A DNA stretch of 64,000 nt. Source: Bugula neritina. Its lineage: Eukaryota > Animalia > Bryozoa. The position numbers and the translations under genes were made by a program. This document shows positions 22,740 through 38,500 of this stretch, piece by piece. The number at the start of each line of letters is the position of its first letter. Positions within the stretch are counted from its first letter, which is position 1. The stretch spans positions 3,690,662-3,754,661 of the forward strand of contig OZ037770.1 of NCBI GenBank assembly GCA_964035545.1, given 5' to 3'. The notes beneath the pieces are model-generated. The model was given only the letters and a program-made list of their open reading frames with translations. It did no database searches and was not told the origin of the DNA.

Positions 22740-25700
22740 ACTGTGAAAGCTCCAATAAGTTACTTCATTATTAAATAAGATACAACTGATTCTACTGTAT
22801 ATGATACTATGGTATCTGTATTAAATTAAAACATAATTATGAAAATCAAAAGTTGTATTTTGAGCACTTATATTATAGTAATTAAATTAACAGCTTAAAA
22901 TAGGCACATTAAACCATGATTGGAATTTTTATCCATTTATCTTTATAATTATATTTATTCTTTATTCTGAAAGTTGACCCAACACTGGTAACAAAACTAA
23001 AAGTAATTGATTAAGTATGATTTATTCTTACACACTTTACCATTATATTTAGTCTTCCTGACTTTCAGTCTGTCATAGTGATTACTACTATATGAAAATG
23101 ACTTTGACTTAGGAGTCATAATTATAGTCACAGTGTTGATAAGTCAACAGTGTAGGATTAACACAGCACTAGACTAGTACTACCTCCAGCTTTCAAGTTT
23201 ATGTTAGGGTATCTCTAAGACTAAAGAGTAACCCTAATAATGTAAGCAAAGAGCAGTGAGTAATAAGCATGCTATTCAACTTCAAGTTTCACTAGTACTA
23301 TAACCAATACCACATGTATTTTAATAAAATTATGTAGCTGGTGAGTGAACTATAAAATTAAATAGGGATCAAACTTTGAGCAATATTAATAGAAATAATA
23401 TTAGGACAGAGGTTTCCAATTATTAGTATGTGAAACCAAAGGGGAATGGATAACTACTATTAGTATTATTACATTTACTTTATATTTAGTTTTACCAGTT
23501 CGTATTATGATTATCTTACTTTGAATTGTAAAGTATAATAATTATAATATTCATAGTAGTATATTTATATTAGTAATTAATATGTATATTAGTAAAAACA
23601 TTTGTTTTAAGTTGCTTGTTTATTAAATTATTCTAAATCCTAATAACGATAATCTTAATATTAGTGATAATCATTATGCTCATCACTGTCCCCAAGTGCT
23701 ATCAGTATGACCATCGCAATGTGAACCTAGACGTGAATGTAAAAAGGCACTGCAAAACAGAACATGGGATGGAGGCAGATATCCATACCACAATACAAAT
23801 ATCGATATTGAATTTGATAATCATAATTATTATACAAATATAATGATAATAACTACAATGATCAAAAATAAATAATACCAAAGAGTTTTCGAATTACTAT
23901 TCATAAAATCAAATATCACATTTATAAAGATATAATCATATATATTATTAAATTTAAGTCAATTATACTAATAGCAATAGTAATATAAATAGAAAAAAGA
24001 ATCATTGACCAGGAGTAGGTGCAAAATAAAAGTCAATTTTAAGACAAAGAGTAAGAAAAATACTAAATCGATACTTAAAATTACTTATTTTTAATCTTAG
24101 TCACTTACAGTCAGTCTTAGTTTAATTTTTACTACTAAGTCTTTAATTTTAAGTTCATTTTGACAATAAACTTGAAGACTTTAACTAAGAATATGTATAA
24201 TTCAAAATTCCAAACTGGTACAAGTAAAAGTTGCTACTGAAGCTTTGTAATATTATTTTAAATTATTGGTATGATAGCATTATATTTTGATTCATAGCAA
24301 TACTGATAGTGACAATTTCAAACATACCCATACCATTACTGTTACAGTTTAAGTTACTATTGCCATTGTGATTGCCGGTAATGAGTAAATATAACTTAAA
24401 TTTATATGACTATTACTATTAGTATTACTATTAGTACTACTATCACTTTCAGTACCGGTCTAGTATCAGTATCACCTTAATTCAAAATCAATGTATAATT
24501 TATCAAATTACTTTTATATTATCATTTATCAATAATATGTCTATCACTATGATATTATCATGATATTGATTTTTAATTTAAACATAATAAAATCATAGGT
24601 ATAATCATAATGATAATCATAATCATAATGCCTAATTTTACTTTTAGTTCAGGTTCAATGATTTAAGAGTAAGTGAAAGTTACTATAACTATTGCCATTG
24701 TGATTGCTAGAAATAAGTAAATATAATTTAAATTTATATGACTATTATTATTACCAACACTCAGACTTACTCGGACTCACTCTGTCTCTAACTCTAAGAG
24801 TAAGTCTGAGTCTCACTCCACCAGAGTGAGAGTGACACTGAATTACTATAACTATTACTATAACTATTAGTATTACTATTAGTATTAGTATTAGCAAAAT
24901 ATATCAACCTTATGATTATCTTATTAGTTATTACAATATGTTCGGCATTGATGTTGAACTAAAAATATTAATAGTTATTACAATCACAATGACAATGCCA
25001 ATATGATCAAAGACAAATGATTCCAAGCAGTTTCAGTTTGAGTTTGAGTTGAAGGTAAGTTATAAGTTGAAGTAGTACGTAAGTGGTAGTTGATACTGAT
25101 ACTATCAGTGATAGGTCTATACTCCATACCGATGAACTCAATAATATTACCTATATATTACCATAAATTATATTACTATTAGTATTACCTATAATTAAAA
25201 TATATTCTTTCTTTTCCAGCTCAGTGCTTCATACCCTCTACTTAGTCTAATGCCGCGCACATGACGAGAATGTGAGGTGAAGGTCACTCACAGCTAAAAT
25301 CGCCAAGGATCTGCAATCCATCACTAGTAGTAGTAGTTCTAGTAGTCGTACTACCAGTAATCTGGCTTCGCTATGACACTACGAATTGAATGTTGACAAG
25401 ACGCATGCATGTTTGCTGTTGGTAAACTAATTTTTACTGAATTTTAATCATGCTAAGCTGCAACCTATTTTCTAATGAAATAATATATATAATAAATATA
25501 ATATAATAAATATAATAATTATCATTATGATTATCATTATAATATTTTATCATTTAATTTTATAACTTTTACTTTTAGTTTTAGTATTTTGGTTTTACAT
25601 CAAAATTTACATCATTATGATTATCATTATGATTACAAAATGAAAATAATTATCATTAATCATTACCTTTTAATTTATGATTATAATTAATGTTAGAATT

Positions 25701-27160
25701 ACCACAATTACAATCATAATGATAATGGCATAATGCCAATGATAATCACAATCGTAACACTAATAATAATAGTAATAGTCAAACTCAAGGATTGAGCCAA
25801 TGATTCAGATTGTCTAAATTTAATTAAATAAATTTCAGCCTTGGGTTTAACTTTACAGTTCACAAGTTTATTTTACATTACGACTGAGAGTCACAGTAAG
25901 ACTAAGAAAAAGAGTAAGTCATACCTTTCTTGCAGTTATTTTCAAAGTTTGTAGTTGTACTAGTACAGTAGTAGACCTAGTAGTAGTACTAGTAGTGGTA
26001 GTAGTAACAGTACTATTAGTAGTAGTAGTAGTAGTAGTACTAGTACTAGTAGCAGTACTAGTACTAGTTGTAGTACTAGTATCAGTGGTAGTAGTAATAG
26101 GACTGCGATCTTAGATGTAAGTCTAATGAAATACGAATAATAATAGTAGAAGTATAACTTTTACATATTTAGTTTTACTATAAGTGTAAATATAATGAGT
26201 AATAGTAAAACTCAAAGTATATACATTAACTCAGTTTAGCATTAATGATAAAATATAATAATTATAATAAAGTAATATGATCACCATTACGATTATAATT
26301 AAAATTCTTAGTAACACTTTTATGATACTCAGTTTAATTTATTAATATTAAACATTAGTTTGGCTACCACAAATAACTAATAAGTGCTACTATAGGTAAC
26401 TGTAAAGATAAGTATAAATTTAACTATAACATAGACTATCAGCAATAATAATATATCATATTGATATTAAACTATATATGGATAATGCAAATCATAGATC
26501 ATACCTCACGATAATTATTCCTAATGATCTTACTTTTTATATGCTGATGCTAATAAGTAGTAATTTTAAATTTGATAACTCATGAATGATGAATAAGATA
26601 ACAAGAATAATACTGGACCTAGTAATACTATTAGTCCTACTACTAGAAGTTTATTATCTTATATGTGTAATACGCTTCTTTTAGTAATACTGCTGGTCAA
26701 AGTTAGTGTTAATCATATTTATAGTTAAATGTTGAAGGAATAAATTAGTTCATAACATAAACATTGCACTATGTGAATATGAAATTTAATATGAATATCC
26801 CAATTACACTTGCTGTTGCTCTTTAGAGACTAGAGTTATAACTTATAACTATGATATAATAATGAATACCATTATTTTAACTAATCATATTACTCAGCTA
26901 ATGTTAATGATAACGGTAAGTGTAAAAACCATTACGGTTATAGGTATCACTGACTAATATTATTAATAATATAATCCTTCATTTTATACTTGTACCTATA
27001 TTTATATTTATACTTATACCTATTTTTATACTTATGATCATATCTATACTTTCACGTATGCTTGTACATTTTACTCATAGTATCAGGGTGGCAATCGAAA
27101 AGTCATAATCGATATGCTAATATAATAATAGAACCAACTGCACTAATATAGTTGTATATT
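22740..27160. repeat. Extended AT-rich low-complexity region of degenerate tri- and hexanucleotide repeats
   Basis: TAG, TAC, TAT and CAT runs, purest near 25950-26100; boundaries approximate. Confidence 0.7.
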
Positions 27161-27169
27161 ATTATTATT

Positions 27170-30097
27170 GTTGATTGACCGTAGTTTTTTAGCTGGTGTA
27201 ACCTTTTACCATTGGCCTAGTTATCACACTAGGCTGGAATGGCTAGAACTTTCCTCAAGATGTGAGCTTATCCTGATCCTAGTAAGGGTGTCTGCTGAAT
27301 TAATGAGCATCTGTTTTCAGCTACTCCAAGTAGTGACAGCCAGTCTACAATCTTGTATAAAGGTCCAAAGGCTCCAGTTACAACGGGATAACTTTTTTGA
27401 TGTTTTCCAAAGGCGGGTTTATTCTAATGCTAAATTCTGATATTTTCCTAACTTTTCGAATTTTTTTCTTTTACTCTGTAGTTAACAGGGACTGTGATAT
27501 CAATTATCGTTGTTTCAGCATTATGCTTGTCAACTACTAATATATCGGGTCTCCTAACTTTGATGACTACGTCAGTGTGTAAGTTAAACTCTTACAAGGT
27601 TTTTACATTATCATTTTCCAGTACTGATTCTGCTTGATGGCCGTACCAATTCTTACTTTTCTAAACCCACGAAGTTCACACAACTACTATTGAAATTATC
27701 AATGCCAAAAGGTTGTGTTTTTTCTTATATTCTCCTTCTGCTACCTTCTCAAACTCACTCAATACGTGCATCGAAGTTTTGTCTCTTGCGTTACACATTC
27801 CACACTTCTTGCTACCCTGTTCTCTCATCATAGCCACTTTATAATTTCTAGTAGTGAATAGTTGATCTTGCGCAGCTGTCAGTCCTTCTGTTTCCTTTTT
27901 CAGCCAACCATACTTCAACCAGTTCCAGGAAAATGCTTTCATGTCTTCCACCATTTTGATGTATTGACCACGTGAAGCTTTTCTTTACACTCATCAGTTC
28001 TTTCTATCACTTTATCATTGTTTAGTTCTACCACCGTTTTGTCTTTTAGGAAGGTATTCAGTGTGGTGTTTCTATCAGTCTATGTTATATTTATGTAGTC
28101 TGACATGCTGCAGTTTTCAATCTTTATGCATTTTTCAGTTGACAACATTCTTCTACCGCCTTCCCTTCTGCTAAAATACAGCCTGCCTACATCTGCTCTC
28201 GGATAGGGTGCACGGTTTGTCTTTCAGTCCATATTTTTTAGCTCATGAAACAGTTCAGTCAAGTATTCTAGCTGTGTAATGCACTGCTGTTACTGCCCAT
28301 GTGTTTATTGCTTTGATTGTGTTCTCACCATTCAGTTTTGAATCCAGAACTTTTCTTATTTGTTTGTAGTACTCCTTGATCTTATTTTTCATTTCATATA
28401 TTTGTATTCTATCAATCTCAAGAACTCCTAGATATTTATACGGCTTCTCACCCAGATCTTTGATTACCTGTTCATCAGGCAAACTGATTCCTGTGTCCTT
28501 GATTTTCTTTCCCTTTCTCATAACCAGTGTGGCACATTTTTTAATCCAAATTTCATTTCTATATTCCTTGTGAAGATCCGGGCAGTGTTTACCAAAGCTT
28601 CCAGTTCTGACTTTGATTTCCTATTTACCTTCAGGTCATCCACATACAGGAGATGGTTTGTTTTCTGTCTCGTCGAAATTTGCATCATTGAGCCGCTTCT
28701 GTCATGCGAATCGGTAGTTGGAGAAAAGGGATAGAGATAAAGAGTCTCCTTAGAAAATTCTTAGTTTGATCTTTATGTCTCCTATCTTTTCTTCCAGGTA
28801 TTTCAGTTGTGTTTTCCAGGTTTCATGCTTTTTCTTATCAACCTTATGACATTAATTACTATTCCAGTTGTTTGCATCGTTTCTAAGATCTAATTTCCTT
28901 GTCTTTACATATGCTCCAATTTGTTGCTAACTTTATTTAGTCATTCTGCATTGGTATTATTTTTAGTTGGCTGACCTCATATATTTTATCAGAATGCTTT
29001 TGATTTCCTTGTCAGGTGCCTCTTTAGATGTACATTCATTTCCTCGTAATGCTTGATAAAAGCGCTTATCATTGTAAACATTGTGTTCTGATTATATTGA
29101 TCAACTCATTCTGTATATCTGTTTATCTTCTGGCTTACAGCTCTCAGGTTTTGCTTCAGTTTTTCAATCACTACACCACACTCTTTGTTCTTTATCCTAT
29201 ATTTTTCTTCAACCATTCTTCTCAATGAATCATTGTAAGCTCTACTTTTTCACTCTGCTATTTTACTTAAGTCTGATCTAATTTCTTTTTATTTCTTCTG
29301 CAGTCGTATTTTCCATACTTGTACATTATCAGTTTTTCGTTTTCCTTTTTGTTACACACTTGTTCTGTTACTATTTTTCGCACAAGCCATGGTGGTGTTA
29401 TTAAGCTCAATGGTATTAATAATCTCAACACAGTTTAGCACATCATTAATCTGTTTTACTGCCTGTAGTAATTTGACCCTCTCAATGTGCCTAAGGGCTC
29501 TTAGTGTTGGTCGATCATTAGATAGTTTTTTTATGCTCATTTATAATTTTTCTACTAACAATTTTTCTACCTCTGAACTAGGTACTCTTAAAATTCTCAT
29601 GGCTGATTTATATGCTATCTCATGTTGTACTATAACATCCTCTATTTGCAAATTTAGCTCTTCATTATCTCCTTCATCAATTGATGTGCCTAGTTCTTGC
29701 AAGGTTCCTTCTTCAATCTTATGGAGTTCTTCTTCCATAAAATGCTTGTGTTTCTTCATAGTTCTTGTTTAATCCGCTAGTCTCTATTCGCTGATGTTAA
29801 ACTCTCCTCTGTTTTCCAGCGTTTGCACATTCTTTTTAAATAATTCTTTGATCCGGGTCTACAGAGCTCATACATTGTTTTTCTATAACCTCTCAATTTG
29901 GGTGTACTTTTGAAGCAGCATTTCATGACAACTTTGTTGTCTTCTCTTGAGTATCTTCTTCTAGTTGTGCCAGTAACGGGTTGACGGCCGTAGGTTGCCT
30001 GGTCCTCCACATACCCACTGCCAGACGAGACATGCCATGTTTAGTTAGACATACCATTAACGTCGTTGGCTTTATTAGTTCTATTTTAATGGATCAT
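27170..30097 (-). mobile_element. Decayed non-LTR retrotransposon with restriction-like endonuclease (R4/Dong-like)
   Basis: HLLYVDDLK (about 28630-28655), YKYLGVLE, IKAINTWAV, KETEG..AAQDQ, a Cys/His knuckle remnant and RPDILVVDK; many stops and frameshifts; (ATT)n on both flanks. Confidence 0.85.
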
Positions 30098-32168
30098 ATT
30101 ATTATTTTTAATTATTATTATTATCACTATCAGTAGCAAATAAATAATTTTATATTTGTTATTAGTTACTACTTATAGAAATTGAGTGCCACAGCTTGAG
30201 GGTTATAAAGTCAGTCTTAGTCAATGTAATGGGGATGCTGATACTGACATTTGGCTTTGAGCTCATAGTTAAATTGCTAACAACTATACCTAAGGATAAC
30301 AGGAGTATTAAAATGTTAATTTATAAGGATTATAACCTTAGAGTGGAGATATTATTCTCAATTTATTTAGTTTTTACTTTACTAACTTATTCTATTCATC
30401 AACCTTACTGTCTATTTAAATAGCAAACTAAAGAATAATTATGAAGGCCTTTGAATTGAAGTACTTTTCTGTAGCTGATTAGATTTCAAGTATTAAAATA
30501 ACATACTAAGACAGAATACCATTATATGAGCTAGATTAATAAAGTAAAGAAGATTTCTTTGTTAATCAAAATATAGGTGTCACATATGCCTATTTTTAAG
30601 ATTATGTTCTTATATGTGCTGTCTTTTTAATATTTTTAAAGTGCTACATTTTGAGGGTAGCCTACATCAATATGACTGCCCTGTAATTGCTTGTCAACTA
30701 TAAGAGTTAGACCTATAAACTGTCTCATTTTCAAATTATCTTTACTTTTCTAATTGATGTTAACAGTACTATTCCTATTAGTATTTTGGTGTTTACCATT
30801 AGTAATGTTTGAACTAACATCAATATCATTGTTAATTTGTCTAATTATTCAAATTTTAATATTCATCATTTGTGAACAGTAATACAATTTTGTCTTTCTT
30901 AAATTAATGTGATGCTAGATTAGCTACTCTAGCAAGTGTGTATTGTGCAATGAGTACTAATGCCATATTTTTGCACTTCTTGTTCTATATAATTTAGATT
31001 TAAGGTAACAATTCCTAAAGCTATCACATAATGCTGCTATCAGTTATAAAGATGTCACTGATCCAAACATTGAAAACCAGCTGAGTGCATGCAAGGTTGA
31101 AAACTTATTTTCTCTGGTTAGGTAAGTAGAAAGGTATTTGCTGTAATTTACAACTATTTTGTTTTCAACATCCTTGATGTTCATCTCTAAAAGATAAGTA
31201 GCACATAATGGTACCTGTTTTACTTAGCAGAAGAAATTATTGTCAAAGCTCTATTACTACATTTTAAATTGTATGACACTCTTTTGACTACATTTGATTT
31301 CATATCTCAAATAATTATATTTCTGACTCATGAAACTGTAACCACACACTTGAGAACAAAATAAATAATGATATGGAAGCTTTCTTTAACTTTGTCAATT
31401 TAGTCAACAGCCAATGACTGAAAACATGTTTTGTACACTATTAATTGCCTCTCTATTTCCGCTATAAGGCAGAAACTTTAATCTCAAAATTTAGGACACT
31501 GGCAATTCTTCCCAATAATACGTTGTTCAAAACAAATATTTTTTGCCAAGTAATATAGTATTTAATTATATTTTTTAGTCAAAGAAATTTGTTTGGTTTC
31601 TTGTGTCATCTTGAATAGCTTGTTATTCATTATCTTTTTCTTCGTGTTATGACTATGAGTGTATATAACTTTTGCTGACAGGTTTTTCCCCCATCACTAT
31701 ATGTTTCTCTGTTTACTCTCTAACAGTTTTATTTCCGTTCATTTTTTAGAGTTTACTAAAATGACATGGGTGTGCTTTGTTGTGGCTCCTAATTGAGGGC
31801 ATCCGTTGAGATTATTGGAAGTTTTGTTGAAACTGAGCTGAGGCCTCTTACTCCTAAAGGCAAGAATTTGAGTCATCTTAGCTACTTGTAGCATATCAAC
31901 ATCGGGAACAGCACCATTCCACTACTCTAAGCTTAAGGTTTTGGCTGCATTAGATCAACAGGTAAGTTTAATAGTTTGTATTTCGTACACTATTTCATGA
32001 TGTCTGTTCAGCATTTACTTGGTAGCACACATTTATAGATTTTGTATTCTTTTAGTTTTTTGCAGTACAACTTTTCTACGCAACTATTACACTGTTGTTG
32101 CTGTTAATTGTAGTTTATTCTGCTTGACCATGCAATTATTGCATTATGTTGCAAAGGTGATTGAGTCC

Positions 32169-32550
32169 TTTTATTTAATTTAGTACACACTGGAAATCTG
32201 CAGTTTTTAGCCATTTTTACAATTTAGCTGCTAATGAACAATGCTTTTTGCTTAAAATTAGTGAGACATCAAGAAATACACCTAAATAATCAAGGTTCTT
32301 CTTAATTTTGCATGATTTCTCATGTTTTTTCCTATTTATTCATTTCATTTGGATTGCCTACTGTTACAAACTAACCGTGGCGATCCCCAGTCAGAAGTTG
32401 CTGTAGTTAGAAAAAAGCATAGGAAATCAAAGAAAATTAAAAAGAGCCTTGATTATTTAGGTGTATTTATTGATATTTTTTTAGTTTCGGCCAAAACTCA
32501 TGTTCATTAGCAAAAACTTGAGATCTTCAGTATGTACTAACTTAAATAAA
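32169..32550. mobile_element. Diverged fold-back / MITE-like inverted repeat
   Basis: AAATACACCTAAATAATCAAGG and CCTTGATTATTTAGGTGTATTT, plus outer CTAATGAACA/TGTTCATTAG and TTTTATTTAA/TTAAATAAAA. Confidence 0.7.
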
Positions 32551-35500
32551 ATGAACCAATTGCAGTAAATTTCTGCATTTTCTAATACTTCCTAAATTTA
32601 CACCTAAAATAGTGCTGTCTTAAGAAAATGACACTAGCTGCTGTTTTCATGTATGTGCCCCAATTGTATATAATGCTGTTGATTTGTTTAGTGCTTTTTC
32701 TATTTGTTTGTTATATAACTTTTCTTTTATGGTTGTTGCCAGCACCTAAAGCATTATTCATTAGTGTCAATTAATTTCTACTCACAGTTTTACTGTTACA
32801 TAGTTTATAAAGCCCTTGTGTCAACTTTTCTAGATATCCTGGTTAAAATTGTTCCACTTGATGAATGGCATAAGGCATATGCAATAGCAAAACAGTTGCA
32901 GGCTGTTTTGGAAAAAAAATTGTGCATATGACCTTTATTTTATACATGTTATTTAGGCTTTGGTAGAACTGTTGGAGAGCCTTCCTCTTGAATAAAGCTA
33001 CTCAACTTCCCGGATTCTACTTTATTGACATTAACCCACTACCTACAAAACGCCTTGAAATTTAGCTAATAAATTATGTATTTTGTGATTTTTTTTAAAT
33101 GTACAATGTTATGTATAAATTACAATCAGTTTATATATATATACATGTCTTTTACTACTTAGTATTACAGTGTAAAAAGCATTTCAGGGTTAACAATTTA
33201 ATTAATTGGCCCTAACAGTAATTATGTATAATACAGATTTGCAGATGCTTTAAATGAACCCAAAAAGCTGATGTTGTTAAACAGTGCACAAAATAGTCAC
33301 CTCATATCAGCCAGACATGCTTAGTCATTACCTAGCATTAAAATCATATTATGAATGCAGTCAAGTTTTGATATGCATCCCTATTATTGATAGTTTGTGA
33401 ACCAGCAATTAAATATCAAGAAGCAATATTACTAACCAATGTGCTGGTTAAAGAGTTTCAAGTTGTAGTTATAGTATCAAACTATTATAATGGCATAAAA
33501 ACTATCAGTTAAAACATCTTATTAATGTTTACTACAGGAATACATATTATAGGTGTGCTAAAAATCTGTTAGAAGCATCAATTATTTTAGATGTTTTGGA
33601 TTTAGTATCTCTGTACTATAATGTAATATACAGAACATCAGGTGCTGTCTCCACAGTGCATTGATGGCACTAATGAATATTAATACATGCAGGCAGTGTT
33701 GGTAATGATTTATTGAAATAGGAGTTTAAAAACTGTTTAAACAACAATGAAAAGCCTGAGATTAGTCCAAGGAGAGGGGTATTTCAAGCTAGCAGATGAG
33801 CAATATAGATGCGAAAGTCTTGCCTAAAAATCATTATTGTTATATCTAGTCATTAATTTCTTGCAATAGATCTATTTCACTATTGAGAAGAACAAAATTA
33901 GCTAGTAAACACTGTAATAGAGTCAAGGCACTTTGGCAGTGCTAGTTTAAAATAAACCTGGGATAGTCAAATAGCAGAAGTACTTTTTGATGCATAATAT
34001 AATTATGTACAGCTTAAGTTTTTGCAATACTGTGTTTTCAGTGAGATATTAATTTCAATAGCTACATTAAAATAATGTACAATTCTAGCAAGTGATGCAA
34101 AATCTTCTAAGATGCTATGACTGAAGCAGTTTGCTACTAGTCTCAAGTAACAAACCAAATAGCCTTTCTTTGTACCATCATCCAAATGCCAAACAAATAA
34201 CTCATTCACTCTGTAACAACAAGGTTGTCTCCCAAGTAGATTGTTAGACATTTCAGGCATTAATAACCAAAGGCTTTTCACTTTGGCATAATTGTATAGT
34301 AACCCAGCTAAATAAATAATGTATTCATGGTATTGTAATCGCAAGCCATGCATTTATCTGTGAATGCAGCTAAGTAGTTAATACGGCCATATATTTATGT
34401 ACTATGTAGCAATGCCTAATGTAGCTGTCAAGCTTCTACTTATACTCATTTTACTGATGCTTTACTTCTGATTACATGATTACAAACATATCAGTTCAAA
34501 CAAAATTATTTTAGATAGGAATAAATATAATGCTCCTAGCAAATGTTGTAAAACTATTTTCCAAAAACATTTACTTTGCAAACAAACTTTTCAGAAAGTT
34601 ATAATGCATTTATCATATTATTGTTTCATTTAAAAGTTATAATGATAGAATATTATACTTAAAACACACTCAAATTTTTAGATTCTTGTAATATTGTTAA
34701 ACAAGAGTTAACAGTAAGATTGGCTGTAGAGTAGAATGTTTAGCTGTTTGTACTAAAGCTAACAAGTAACTGGCATTAAAAAGAGATGTAGATAAAAAGT
34801 GACAGAATAACAACTGGCTTGTATATTGGTAGCGCAAAAAGCTGTATATAACAGTTTAAACAAATACCCATTAGAATAAGTGGTAACCCAGTACATAAAA
34901 TGTGGTATGTCATAATACATCTTTGTGGTGTATTATTGACTAGGCTAGATCAACACATAGCACTATGTAATTGCTTTAGTATTTACAATTAGTTTGTGGT
35001 CTGGTGGGATTTGTTGATAGCCATTGTCTTTATTAACATAACAGTTTCATAAAATTAGCAGTTTTCCTTATTCACCTAATTAATTTTTAAGATTTATGTA
35101 CAATATTTACATATTTGGATATAAAAAATATCTTCAACCAGTGAATATCAAAATAATGATTAAAGACATATTTTATGTCATATTTTTGTGGCAATCTAAA
35201 TAATAAGCTGGTCTAATTTGTACTTGTGCAAACAGAACCAGCTCATGAATATATGTTGTCTTTTTTCAACTTGACAGTTAATCTAATAATATGGATGTGT
35301 ATTTTATACTTGCTTTTGTGTTTAAGGTGACAAAATTGCACTGGTAAGGTAAATAAACATTGCTTGTTTGGCATGCTTTTGCGTGGCATTGCATATTATG
35401 CTAAACTAATGGCCAGTTTTGCAGTAGCTTCACCATAACCTTCAAAAGAATGCAAATATCATCTAATTATTGTAAGCTTTTTAAATTAATTTGTCTAGCT

Positions 35501-38500
35501 ATAAACACATATAAAACTATTAGGCTATTCCAGTTTCACGATATACATAACTCTATAATTCTGAAAAACTGCTAGGTAGAGTGGAAATTAAACATGATCT
35601 ATTCATTGCTAAAGTATTACAGCTATGAATAATATATATGTGATTACCTGAGTGATATCACAATCTCCACTTGCTAAGTTAGTTTAAATACAGGAAAAAA
35701 AATTAATCTGGAGAAAGATTATATATGAGAAGCTGTTTTTGTAATAATTTCCTGCTCTAGAGTGATTTAGAAGAATTGTGTTAAAGCAAAACTTTTGCAT
35801 ACATGAGTTGAATAAAATCATTGAGAGTTTTATGAAGGTCTATTTGTGTATATGTCACAACTCAAGTTTTTAGACTTTATGCAATTTGTGGTGCAAAGTT
35901 GCAAATAAAAACCTTATTTTAATAATACTTAGACATATGCAAGCAATAAAGATAATGAAAAAAATGCTATAGTTGCTAATTAGCTAATATTACTTGCATA
36001 TGATGCAAATATTTGTATGCATGCATGTTTAGTTTATTAGCATTGGTTAGATATAATTGAATATATAGATTTGATGTGGAGATTGAAGAAAATCAATATG
36101 TTGTGTTCTATATACAACAACAGTTTTTACATTGATTCGTTAATTCCTTCATAAATCATTTATTACTTCATGCAATATTTGTTCCTGCAACTTTGCAGAG
36201 TGGCAAAATGCATTTCAAAGACATATATTAAGTGATTCTAATTATACTAGAATTTTCAAACTAAGAATTTTTGTGGAGTTTTCTTCTTCCTAAGACATAT
36301 GTGGCAATTGAACACATAATAAGTTGTGGGCTACAACTCCTTTATACAACCTTGCAAGAAATTATGCAGCTATCTAAATAGAAAAGGAATTATTGAATTT
36401 ATTTATTCAACATTATTAGTATTTTATAAATATTTGTTGCATTTAATTAATGAGCATAAAATTTGTTTTACAAATACTGTAATTAACAGCATGGTAAAAA
36501 TATATTATATATACTGGTATATATTTTGTATTGTATTAGATTTAGGCTACATTGCAAGACATTTATAATTAAAATGAGTTAATGGCTAAGTTTAAATATC
36601 TTCAACTTATAGATTACATTTTTATGTGCTATAAAAATTTAACTCGTTTGTTACGACATTTCTCCATGCATAAAAGCAAAACTTACTGCAAGAAATCCTT
36701 AGCTAGAAAGATAAATAATAATTTACTTTAATTACATCAAAAGCTAATATCAGCAAGCATTCTATAAATAATGGTAATTTACCTAGTGTAATTTTTCTTA
36801 AACTAGCTAAGCTTGCTTGGTACTTTAATAAGTTTATTGGCATAGTGTATTATTTTATACTTATATATTTTTAAGACTTTAAGGAAAATGATGTTTTAGC
36901 TGCGTTATTCCTAATGCAAGCCTTATAAATTTACAATATGTACTAAAATATTATATTTGTAATTAGAAAGAAAACAAATTACTTTCATAAACTTATAATT
37001 ATTGCATTCTGTTATTTATAATGCTAGAATGCTAGAACGCGGCGTATGCTTCCCTAACCAGATGCTTTTAAACGGATTAAAAATAATTTGTCAATTTCTA
37101 ATTATGAGGAACAAACTCCTCGATAGTTTCTACATTTGCGCATGATTTTATCAAGATAGGCTTGCTTTTGTGTCAACCTGTAGCCAGTGCAACTATACTT
37201 TATGTAACGAGTAAAACAGACTCATTTCAAAGTACACAGTCTAAAGGGTAGGAATTACTACAAAGAAAAGTGCCGGTTAAAAGTTAATTATAATTGGAAA
37301 TAAGGTGAAATATCAGTCAGAAATTAAAAAGTGTCAACTAAAAAAGTGTATTGTTATTTCTTTTTGGCTTAATGAAAATGTTTTTTGAGGAAGAAGTACG
37401 AAAAACATCTAGGAGGGGTTTATATCCACCACTGGCAACTACCTGTTTATTGATGAAGAACTATCCAATTATAGTACAGTATTATGGTCTTTTGCCTTAT
37501 AATTGGCTTTGATTTTTTTATGTCTAATTACGAGATACTAAACAGATGCAAAGTATGTTGTGCATAGGCAGTTTTTTTATGTCTCTAAACAACATTCTAG
37601 GAAAATATATACTGCAGTATATCTATTCCTCTACTGGACATTTTAAGTCCTATCACGGCTCGACGGGAGTCAGTGAGTGGCAGTGATCACGAATGTTCAC
37701 CTACTCTGGTGAGCTAATATGTACAGATTCGATTGGCTGCATGTGATAACCAATTCAATTCGATTGGTTAAAAGACTGCTAGTAGCTTGAAGTACTAATA
37801 ACAACTAGTGGTGGATATCAAGGGGGTTGATGCCTATACACATATTTTTAGCAGCAATATGTATTCAAAAGTACAATTTTTTAACTACATAGTTTATATA
37901 CTTACATATCATAAAGATAATACTAAAATCTTTTGGTTTAGATAAAATGTTTATAATAAATTAAAATGCATTGATTTGAAAACAATCCACCCCTTGTAGA
38001 CTTCGCACCAGCTTTTCACAATTACAACTATAATGAGCAAGTAGGAATTTAGTCTTACAAACTCAATTCAAAAATAGTTGTCCTCTCATTTTATGTTGCA
38101 CCTACTAAAATTATTTTTATATTCTAGGAAGTTATGTGCACTGATATAAAAAGCCCAAATATATATTACGTTGATATATAATGTTATTTATTTATAATTA
38201 TCATATTATATATAACAATATATTTTTATTTTTATATACCAACGCAATATATTATATATTATACTAAATTATATACATTTTATATGTTATAATTATGTAT
38301 CATAATTATTATTTATATGTTTTGTATATTATATATATATATATATTTATAATTAGATACAGTTTTATTTATTAATATTGATTTAAGTATATGTGTTTGA
38401 TATATTTTTCGATTGCGTTTTATCCATTATTTTTATCGTTTATTTATGTTGCGAGATGTACTCATAAAAAGACGTAGCTTTGTATTGGGTTGATCAAACT

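Noticed and set aside
31000-33060. Exon-like segments with splice-like ends on the + strand
   Set aside because: I could not assemble an open frame or recognise any protein motif.
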